From contig JAYEOM010000045.1 of NCBI GenBank assembly GCA_034722955.1, positions 1 to 16,994 of the forward strand: 16,994 nucleotides of DNA, written 5' to 3'. The position numbers and the translations under genes are program-made. Position 1 is the stretch's first letter; each line of letters begins with the position of its first letter. This document shows positions 8,074 to 15,652 of this stretch, piece by piece. The DNA is from Campylobacterota bacterium (GTDB taxonomy: Bacteria > Campylobacterota > Campylobacteria > Campylobacterales > Sulfurovaceae). Below the pieces are notes generated by a model. It was not told the origin of the DNA and searched no databases. It worked only from the letters and a program-made list of their open reading frames with translations.

Positions 8074-8142
8074 GGGTCATCACCCCCTTCCTTCTCAGTT
8101 TTTCCACATTATGGGGCAAGCCCTTTTGGAAATAAGTGGCGA

Positions 8143-8148
8143 ATTATA
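8143..8148 (-). promoter_or_regulatory. Putative -10 box (TATAAT) for rpsU
   Basis: Perfect TATAAT on the minus strand about 70 nt upstream of the rpsU GTG. Confidence 0.55.
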
Positions 8149-8202
8149 TCGAAATATGTTTATGAAGAGTTTAACCAGAATTATGCAATAGAATCTCTAT
8201 TC

Positions 8203-8229
8203 CATAGTTCGGGTTTAACCCGAACTATG
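8203..8229. repeat. Perfect 13-bp inverted repeat with 1-nt centre
   Basis: CATAGTTCGGGTT-T-AACCCGAACTATG in the divergent rpsU/nnr intergenic region. Confidence 0.9.
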
Positions 8230-8236
8230 CGATAAT
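8228..8236 (+). promoter_or_regulatory. Putative extended -10 promoter (TGcGATAAT) for nnr-purN-thiG
   Basis: TG-N-GATAAT about 20 nt upstream of the nnr ATG, followed by an AAGGA SD. Confidence 0.45.
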
Positions 8237-8256
8237 ATCTTCTCAAAAGGATCTCT

Positions 8257-9687
8257 ATGCAAAAAATATTTCAAAATTGTTATGCGATGGACAGGCGATG
8301 TTATGAGGTGTATGGATTGACAGAAGATATATTGATGGAGCATGCAGCAGGGGGTATCGCATCATATATCAGAGGAGAGTTTCCTGATGGAAGTCGGATT
8401 TTGATCATAGCCGGCATAGGCAACAATGGAGCTGACGGTATCGTACTGGCACGACTACTCTATATGAGATATGAGATCACACTGGTCACCCCTTTTGGTG
8501 TCAAATCCCACATGGCAAAACTGCAACTTGAGAGAGTTCAAAAGCTAGGAGTTGTTGTCGGCAAAGAGATAGATGAACAGTATGACCAGATGGATGTAGT
8601 GGTAGATGCTCTTTTTGGTGCAGGGCTTGATAGAGAGCTTGACAGAGAGAGCAGGAGCCTGATAGAGAGGATGAATCAACTCGATGGTTTTAAAATTGCC
8701 TGCGATATCCCCAGTGGTATAGGAGCAGATGGAAGAGTGCTTCCTTTGGCATTCAGAGCAGATACCACCATCACAATGGGTGCCCATAAAGAGGCTCTCT
8801 ATCTTGATGAAGCCAAAGATTTTGTCGGCGAGATCATCTCTGTTGATTTGGGTGTAGATCGCATGCTTTATGAGGAGGAGAGTGATACTTTTGTCTTGGA
8901 TATAGATGATATGCATCTACCCTCACGCACCATACAGAGTACCAACAAGGGAAGCTTTGGGCATGCTACGATACTATCCGGCGAGAAAGAGGGAGCATCT
9001 ATCATGTCAGGTTTGGCTGCTTTGCGTTTCGGTGCCGGACTGGCAACACTGGTAATTCACGAAAAAGTATCAGCCCCACACTGCTTGATGACTTCGACAG
9101 TCGTACCTGCCGGTACAACTGCATTGGCAGTCGGTATGGGATTAGGGAGCAGTTTTGATAGTGAATTTATCCAAAGATATATACTGCAGAGTGATCTGCC
9201 TCTACTCTTGGATGCAGATAGTTTTTACTCTCATGAGCTACTCTCTGCACTAGAGGAGAAGAGACGCACTATAGTATTGACCCCGCACCCAAAAGAGTTC
9301 GCCTCTTTGTGGAAGATCACAGCAGGCGAAGAGGTGACTATCTCTCAAATCCAGAAAAACCGCTTCTCCTTTGTTCGGGCATTTTCCCAACGATACCCCA
9401 GCGTAGTGCTGCTACTGAAGGGGGCAAATATGCTCATCTCCTATCAAAATAGAGTCTGGATCAACCCCCTAGGCTCTAACAAGCTGAGCAAAGGCGGCAG
9501 TGGTGATATCCTAAGTGGCTTGATCGTCTCTCTATTGGCACAGGGATATGATGCTGTAGATGCTGCCATTGGGGGATCATTGGCATTGGCATTGGCAGCC
9601 AAGAGCTATGAGGGGGCAAGCTTTGCTATGTTGCCAACTGATTTGATTGATGAGATTGAGAGATTAGAAAAAAGGATAAGCAGTTGA
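8257..9687 (+). CDS. nnr: Bifunctional NAD(P)H-hydrate epimerase/dehydratase (YjeF_N plus carbohydrate-kinase domain)
   Basis: LMEHAA, GIGNNGADG, DALFGAGL, DIPSG in the epimerase domain; NKGSFGH, LLDAD, LTPHPKEF, LLKG, KGGSGDILSG in the dehydratase domain. Confidence 0.95.
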   Translation: MQKIFQNCYAMDRRCYEVYGLTEDILMEHAAGGIASYIRGEFPDGSRILIIAGIGNNGADGIVLARLLYMRYEITLVTPFGVKSHMAKLQLERVQKLGVVVGKEIDEQYDQMDVVVDALFGAGLDRELDRESRSLIERMNQLDGFKIACDIPSGIGADGRVLPLAFRADTTITMGAHKEALYLDEAKDFVGEIISVDLGVDRMLYEEESDTFVLDIDDMHLPSRTIQSTNKGSFGHATILSGEKEGASIMSGLAALRFGAGLATLVIHEKVSAPHCLMTSTVVPAGTTALAVGMGLGSSFDSEFIQRYILQSDLPLLLDADSFYSHELLSALEEKRRTIVLTPHPKEFASLWKITAGEEVTISQIQKNRFSFVRAFSQRYPSVVLLLKGANMLISYQNRVWINPLGSNKLSKGGSGDILSGLIVSLLAQGYDAVDAAIGGSLALALAAKSYEGASFAMLPTDLIDEIERLEKRISS

Positions 9688-10259
9688 TACCCAGAAGACT
9701 TCCAAAAGTTGCCATACTCTTTAGCGGTGCCGGCAGCAATATGGCATATATACTAGAGCATCTGCACCATAAAGAGCTGGATGTAGTCATAGCTCTGACA
9801 AATAACCCCAAAGCGAAGGGAATAGCGATAGCCAAATCTTACAAGATACCCCATACTGTTATCGAGCACAAGGATTATGAGAGTCGAGAGCTCTATGATA
9901 CTATACTAGTAAGAGAGCTGCAAGCATATCAACCCGACCTGACTGTGTTGGCGGGGTTTATGCGTATCTTGACACCCATCTTTACCGATACCGTCAAAGC
10001 GATCAATCTACATCCATCACTACTGCCTAGACATAAAGGGCTCAAAGCCATAGAGAGGAGTTATGAAGATGAGTTCCACTCAGGTGGTGCTAGTGTACAT
10101 TGGGTCAGCTCTGAACTGGATGGAGGAGAGGTGATCACACAAAGGGAGGTGACCAAAGGTGACTTGAGCTTTGAAGAGTATGAACATGAGGTCAAAACTA
10201 TTGAAAAAATCACTTTGGCAGACGGAATCAAGAAGGTTTTAAATAGTGATGTGCTATAA
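9684..10259 (+). CDS. purN: Folate-dependent phosphoribosylglycinamide formyltransferase
   Basis: FSGAGSN, LAGFMRIL, INLHPSLLP, GASVHWVSSELDGG. TTG start overlaps the nnr TGA (exact start uncertain). Confidence 0.93.
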   Translation: MIPRRLPKVAILFSGAGSNMAYILEHLHHKELDVVIALTNNPKAKGIAIAKSYKIPHTVIEHKDYESRELYDTILVRELQAYQPDLTVLAGFMRILTPIFTDTVKAINLHPSLLPRHKGLKAIERSYEDEFHSGGASVHWVSSELDGGEVITQREVTKGDLSFEEYEHEVKTIEKITLADGIKKVLNSDVL

Positions 10260-10279
10260 AACACTAAAAAGGAAAAAAA

Positions 10280-11056
10280 ATGAACGAAATATTAAAAATC
10301 GGAAAATATAAGCTAGGGAGCAGACTGATCGTAGGATCAGGGAAATATGATAGTTTTCAGACGACACTGGATGCGACATTGGCTAGCGGGAGTGAACTCA
10401 TCACTGTAGCAGTACGAAGACTCAACATCACCAACCCTGAAGAGGAGAACTTGATGGACTACTTCAAAGATACCAATGTCAAATTCCTCCCTAACTCAGC
10501 AGGATGTGTCACGGCCGAGGAGGCGATCACCCTCTTTAGACTCACCAGAGAGGCAACAGGTATAGACCTCATCAAACTCGAAGTGATAGGCGATACAAAA
10601 AAGACACTATATCCCGATGTCATAGAGACTATCAAGGCGTGTGAAGTACTCTCCAAAGATGGTTTTACTATCATGGCATACACCAATGATGACCCTATCA
10701 TCGCCAAGAGACTAGAAGATGCAGGTGCCCATGCCGTCATGCCGTTGGCTGCACCGATAGGCTCAGGTTTGGGTGTTCAGAACAAATTCAATGTCCACTT
10801 CATCAGAGAGGCTATAGATGTCCCTGTGATAGTAGATGCAGGGATCGGCTGTGCCAGTGATGCGGCGGCGGCTATGGAGCTAGGTGCAGAGGGGGTCTTG
10901 ACCAATACAGCTATCGCTCAGGCTGACAACCCTATGATGATGGCAGAGGCGATGAAACATGCTGTCACAGCAGGTCGCATGAGTTACCTAGCAGGGCGTA
11001 TCCCAAAGAGACCATTTGCAACAGCAAGCTCACCTGTAGATGGGATGATATTTTAA
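10280..11056 (+). CDS. thiG: Thiazole synthase
   Basis: [65 protein letters not shown]. Confidence 0.97.
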   Translation: MNEILKIGKYKLGSRLIVGSGKYDSFQTTLDATLASGSELITVAVRRLNITNPEEENLMDYFKDTNVKFLPNSAGCVTAEEAITLFRLTREATGIDLIKLEVIGDTKKTLYPDVIETIKACEVLSKDGFTIMAYTNDDPIIAKRLEDAGAHAVMPLAAPIGSGLGVQNKFNVHFIREAIDVPVIVDAGIGCASDAAAAMELGAEGVLTNTAIAQADNPMMMAEAMKHAVTAGRMSYLAGRIPKRPFATASSPVDGMIF

Positions 11057-11068
11057 GGAGTGTCGATT

Positions 11069-12220
11069 CTATGCCTGAGAGTTGATCTCGGGGGTGACAA
11101 GTTCTTCATAGAGTTTCAAAAGGATACTCTCCTGCTCTTCCCAATTGTAAATCTCTTTTGCTTTTTGTATATTTACATATAACTCTTCTTTATCTAAAAG
11201 TGTAGCTTTCTTTATGGCTTCTTCTAATCCATTGGGAGTGTTTTCATCTACAACTACACCTATATTATTGTCTTCTACTAACCTTTTTATCTCATAGAGG
11301 TTTGATGCAATTACTGGTATTTCTGCCATTAGGTATTCAAACATTTTATTGGGCAAGCAGTATCTATAGCTTAAACAACTATCCTCTATTGTTGATATTC
11401 CAAAATCAGCACTAGATGTATAGTCCAGCAGTACATCAGGTGTCACTGCTTTATGAAAGTAGATATTGCTATACTCTTTTGATGCAGTTTGAACTAACTC
11501 TTCTAATGATCCGTACCCCATAAATACTATAATATCTTTGTTATCGCCTATCTGTTTAAAAGTATCCAGAAGTATCTCTATGCCTCTGCCCTTACTTAGC
11601 CCACCTTGGTATAAAAATATTGTTTTATCTTTTGCTATATTAAGTGTTTCTCTAAATATATCTTTTTTTTCTATTTTTTTAAATGGTGGTGTATTTAACA
11701 CCAATGCTGGTTTAGGGATATTGTAGAGTTTTACATATTCATCTGCTATAGCATCACTAACACAAATTACTGCATCTGCATATTTGATTAGAAATCTTTC
11801 TATTTTTTTAGTTAATGTTTTTTGAATTCCATGAAGTCCATTTATCTCTGTTTCATACTCATGAGCATCATATACTATTTGAGCATTTTTATTAAATATT
11901 TTTTTTATAGTTACGCCAACAGGAAGAGTATTTAAATCACTACAATGCAATATATCACTATGCTTATGTTCTCTTATAACTCTATACATAAACTCAAAAT
12001 ATTTTAAAAGCTGAATTGCTTTATGCTTTGACCAACTACGACTTCTCAACTTAACACGATGAACTTCTATATTTTGAACGATATCAAACTCTTGTAGTGG
12101 CTCTTCATGAAGTGCTACAACTTTTACTTTATATCCTGCATTTTGTAAAGAGATACTCTCTTTTAAAACTCTACTGTCATTTTGAAAGTTATTTAGCACT
12201 ATTGAGGTTACTGTTTTCAT
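11069..12220 (-). CDS. Glycosyltransferase, GT-B fold, family 4-like
   Basis: DSRVLKE, YDAHE, YQGGLSKGRGIE, LPNKMFEYLMAEIPVIAS, YNWE motifs. Confidence 0.9.
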   Translation of the reverse strand: MKTVTSIVLNNFQNDSRVLKESISLQNAGYKVKVVALHEEPLQEFDIVQNIEVHRVKLRSRSWSKHKAIQLLKYFEFMYRVIREHKHSDILHCSDLNTLPVGVTIKKIFNKNAQIVYDAHEYETEINGLHGIQKTLTKKIERFLIKYADAVICVSDAIADEYVKLYNIPKPALVLNTPPFKKIEKKDIFRETLNIAKDKTIFLYQGGLSKGRGIEILLDTFKQIGDNKDIIVFMGYGSLEELVQTASKEYSNIYFHKAVTPDVLLDYTSSADFGISTIEDSCLSYRYCLPNKMFEYLMAEIPVIASNLYEIKRLVEDNNIGVVVDENTPNGLEEAIKKATLLDKEELYVNIQKAKEIYNWEEQESILLKLYEELVTPEINSQA

Positions 12221-13029
12221 ACTCTTTTAAACTTTTCTATTTTATTTATAGGTTTAGTAATCATTACTTTTATAAGCTTTTTAAGCTGCTTGAATCTACT
12301 ATAGTGCCAGTGATTGGGATGAGACAAAAACATTATAAACGGCTCACTGTTTTCTATTGCCTCTAGTGGTGTCACGCCATAATTAAAACCACCATTTATT
12401 TCAATTGGTGCATCACTTATGTAGCAAGTAACTTTATCTATCATCTCTTTATTATATGCTTCCATTTTAATTCCTAAATAATCATACACAGATACATTTT
12501 CTGTTAAAAAATTATTTGGAGTCTCTACCAATCTATTTTCATATTCACCATGAGAAGCGATAGTTATACATGGAATATCACAAAGAAGTCTAAATCGATC
12601 AAGATCGGCTTTCAAGATACCTAAGCATTTTTCTTGAAAATCAGTCTTAAATAACTCCTCTCTGTTTTTAATATCTGGATTTGCCTTTACAAAATCAGCA
12701 ATAGGCTCAAAATGCAAACTTGCCTCACTTCCATACTCCTCAATCTCCTTCATAAGCTTTGAATCATAAGTGGTATTTCTAAAGTAAAAACTAGAAGTTA
12801 CTTTATGCTTTTTTTCAACCTCAAACATCATATTGGTTCCACTACTAAAGTGGTCTACATCATGACGGAGTATAAATAGTTTTTTACTTTTATCATATCT
12901 ATTTTCTATATAATCTCGTAAAGATATTACTTGATAATCATTTTCTTTTGCATCTCTTATAATATTATAGTATTCGGATATTCTATCATTTTGTAAATAT
13001 TTTATAAAAAAATTTATTTTATTTATCAT
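12217..13029 (-). CDS. Polysaccharide deacetylase-like protein (CE4/NodB-like fold); start re-called at ATG 13029
   Basis: ILRHDVDH, SSFYFR, EASLHFE, IASHG, FLSHPNHW. ATG 13029 gives an 11-bp overlap with the upstream gene. Confidence 0.65.
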   Translation of the reverse strand: MINKINFFIKYLQNDRISEYYNIIRDAKENDYQVISLRDYIENRYDKSKKLFILRHDVDHFSSGTNMMFEVEKKHKVTSSFYFRNTTYDSKLMKEIEEYGSEASLHFEPIADFVKANPDIKNREELFKTDFQEKCLGILKADLDRFRLLCDIPCITIASHGEYENRLVETPNNFLTENVSVYDYLGIKMEAYNKEMIDKVTCYISDAPIEINGGFNYGVTPLEAIENSEPFIMFLSHPNHWHYSRFKQLKKLIKVMITKPINKIEKFKRV

Positions 13030-13663
13030 TTTTTTCAAAGAATAAACATAAATATTCAACTCCTGTCCCTCTTGATACTGCAAAATGATTAACTATAGAA
13101 AAACCACTCTTTTTTGCTATGTTTTTATATGTTTTAATCATCTCTTCGTAAGATATAATAATAGAATCCGTATTATAAAATCCTTTTAGTGCACTATACT
13201 CTTCTTCAGGATTTAAATTATAATGTATATTATTATAATCTGGTATAATATTTAATATAAGAATGGTCTCTCTGTTGAAAAGATTGAAAACTTCTGGGAA
13301 TAGAGAAAAATGCTGATAATAGTTCCCATGCCTAGAGGCAGGATTATCAGACAATATCAAATCATATTTTTTAGGTGCTGTAGTAATAAATTCATAAGTA
13401 TCCATTATATATATTTCTGAATTTGGATACTTTTCTCTTAAACTACTCTCATATTCGAATGATATCTCTACTAAATCTATAGATTTTAACTCTTTTGATA
13501 TAAAATCTGTACTCCACCCGCCATCTCTACCAAAAAGTTCTATTGCATTTAAAGAGTTAAGATCTACATCTCTTTTATATAACTCTTTAACAACTCTCTG
13601 CATTGCTACCTTCCTGATCCCTAGCACTCTTAATACTTTACCTATACTTTTTCTAAACATCAT
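13019..13663 (-). CDS. Putative class I SAM-dependent methyltransferase-like protein
   Basis: Motif-I-like AIELFGRDGG, acidic end of beta2 (DLVEIS), YDLILSDNP. Coupled to neighbours by overlaps. Confidence 0.55.
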   Translation of the reverse strand: MMFRKSIGKVLRVLGIRKVAMQRVVKELYKRDVDLNSLNAIELFGRDGGWSTDFISKELKSIDLVEISFEYESSLREKYPNSEIYIMDTYEFITTAPKKYDLILSDNPASRHGNYYQHFSLFPEVFNLFNRETILILNIIPDYNNIHYNLNPEEEYSALKGFYNTDSIIISYEEMIKTYKNIAKKSGFSIVNHFAVSRGTGVEYLCLFFEKNDK

Positions 13664-14418
13664 ATCATCTCTTTTAATGAATATTCTCTAAAACCAACTC
13701 TATTTTTGAAAGCAGATAATAAATTACATTTTCTATTTTGCATTGTAAGGTAATTTATATATTCAATATTATTTTCAATTCCAAACTCAACACATTTTTT
13801 AATCATTAAATTCATAATTCCAAATTTCAAATAATTTTTATGTCCTAAAATACGATTTGTCATAGCAAAATTACCATAAATGTATAAGGTGGATTCAACA
13901 TAGCCTACAAGTTTTTCATTTACAAATGTGCCAATATATTTAATAACAAAATCTTTTTCATTTAAATTCTCTACTTTTTTAGGGTATGCTATATAGGCTT
14001 CATCCATTTCTCTGCCTTGTCTACCTAAAGAAGAGTTATTTATTTCAAATATATCATCTAGTTTTTCATTCCAATCAAATATTTTACAAAGTATATTACT
14101 CTTTTCTGCTTTTTTATTCATATTTCTTGACTTTGCTCCAATATCTTTTAAGTATATATCTATTGAACTTGGCACTTTTATAATTGCTATTGGATGAAAA
14201 TAAAATTTATGTTCTTTAACATTTAAAATACCGCTAAAAGATTTTACTAGCATCTCTTTTAATAAATTATATTTTTCTATATTGCTGCACTCTATTTTAA
14301 CTATTCTATTATTTTTTATATTTTGTTTATGTGTTTCAATATTTTGTTTTTTATATCTATTTTTTACTAATAATTTCATTAAAAAATTCGGTAAAGCTTT
14401 ACTTAATAACTTTTTCAT
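13660..14418 (-). CDS. Hypothetical protein, GNAT/FemAB-like acyltransferase fold; start 14418 (SD-supported) or 14442
   Basis: IGAKSRNMNKKAEK, KLVGY, ILGH..YLKFGIMNLM and LSAFKNRVGF resemble GNAT-type proteins of glycan loci. AAGGA lies 5 nt before ATG 14418. Confidence 0.5.
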   Translation of the reverse strand: MKKLLSKALPNFLMKLLVKNRYKKQNIETHKQNIKNNRIVKIECSNIEKYNLLKEMLVKSFSGILNVKEHKFYFHPIAIIKVPSSIDIYLKDIGAKSRNMNKKAEKSNILCKIFDWNEKLDDIFEINNSSLGRQGREMDEAYIAYPKKVENLNEKDFVIKYIGTFVNEKLVGYVESTLYIYGNFAMTNRILGHKNYLKFGIMNLMIKKCVEFGIENNIEYINYLTMQNRKCNLLSAFKNRVGFREYSLKEMI

Positions 14419-15652
14419 AAACTTCCTTATAGTTAATTTCATTCATAGCAAATATATTTTGATGAAACAGTAAAGTATGACAATTTTTGTATTTAATATT
14501 TTTCTCTTTTAATAGATTAATGTTATCAATTAAAAAAGTTTCATCATATATTCTTTCTCCAAATAATCTATTATCATCCATATATATCAGAGGTCTCTCT
14601 CTTAGTCTCAACTTCTCCCTACTCAAAATATTAAAAACACTAAACTCATCTCCAGTTCCACACCTAAAACCCTCTTTGTCAGCATATCCACATGTACTAT
14701 CTACTTTCATACCGTTATCTTCCCAAATCTGCCAAGTAGTTGGTACTTCAAATCTAAGGTAGTGTTCTCTACCCTCTGTTATCTTTTGTCCTACTATTTT
14801 TTCAAGCAAATCTAACTCTTTTTTAAATTGCTCACTATCATTAAATGCACTGTAAGATGGGTGAATACCTATAATATGCCCTCTACTTTTTATCTTTTCT
14901 ATAAGTTCTAAAGATTTTGGTTCATCTATTTTGTATCTATTATCATAAACTGTAACACCACCACTCATAAAGTAAAATCTACTTTTAACTCCTATAGATT
15001 CACTTTTATCCATCAGCCAATCAAAAGTATCAAAAGGGTCTTTTATCTTCTCTCTCTTAATTAAAAAATATTCAGCAACTCTCTCCATCGCCAAACCAAA
15101 ACTTTTTCTTTTTACTATATCTCCAAGAGCTACCTGAAGAACTTGCTTCCAACTTTTCCACATGTAAAGTTTATCTACATCATGAGTTAAAAATAACTCA
15201 TATTCTCTCTCTTTAAAAACCAAACTGTCATCAAGCTCTAAAAGCATAACTTTTAACTCTTCAACATACTCATTGACTATGGGTCTATCTAAAAAACCTT
15301 GCTTATAAGCTAAACTCTCAGTTGCTGGAAATCTATCATGCATATCCCTATTTTTATTGACATACTCTTCCCATCTAGTGAGCATAAAAAAACTTGCTGC
15401 GAATATATCCAATTCCTCTATTTTAGATGGAATGTTATCTACATGTAAATATTCCAAATCATTTGGGTATTTAGAAAAAAAAGTATCTTTTATGGTTAAT
15501 ATCTTGCCATTTTGCAGTTCTATCTCATAGTCTCTTGAGCCTACATGTAAAGAGTACTCTAGTCCTAAAAATTCATTAAATAGTATATCTAGTATATATT
15601 TTCTTTCATTTATGTTGTTGTTGGGTATTTTTATTTTCATACAATCAATCAT
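14399..15652 (-). CDS. Polysaccharide deacetylase family protein with N-terminal extension (DUF7033-like); start 15652 or 15640
   Basis: DIFAASFFMLTRWEEY, DMHDRF, RPIVNEY, LTHDVD, IGIHPSY, GREHYLRF, DSTCGYAD..GFRCGT. GGAGG lies 6 nt before ATG 15652. Confidence 0.8.
   Translation of the reverse strand: MIDCMKIKIPNNNINERKYILDILFNEFLGLEYSLHVGSRDYEIELQNGKILTIKDTFFSKYPNDLEYLHVDNIPSKIEELDIFAASFFMLTRWEEYVNKNRDMHDRFPATESLAYKQGFLDRPIVNEYVEELKVMLLELDDSLVFKEREYELFLTHDVDKLYMWKSWKQVLQVALGDIVKRKSFGLAMERVAEYFLIKREKIKDPFDTFDWLMDKSESIGVKSRFYFMSGGVTVYDNRYKIDEPKSLELIEKIKSRGHIIGIHPSYSAFNDSEQFKKELDLLEKIVGQKITEGREHYLRFEVPTTWQIWEDNGMKVDSTCGYADKEGFRCGTGDEFSVFNILSREKLRLRERPLIYMDDNRLFGERIYDETFLIDNINLLKEKNIKYKNCHTLLFHQNIFAMNEINYKEVYEKVIK

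Noticed and set aside
11663..11906. T8 tracts in the glycosyltransferase (11663-11670, 11899-11906) as phase-variation sites
   Set aside because: Expected in AT-rich Lys-codon runs. Phase variation in this group usually uses long poly-G/C tracts and none is present; the frame is intact.
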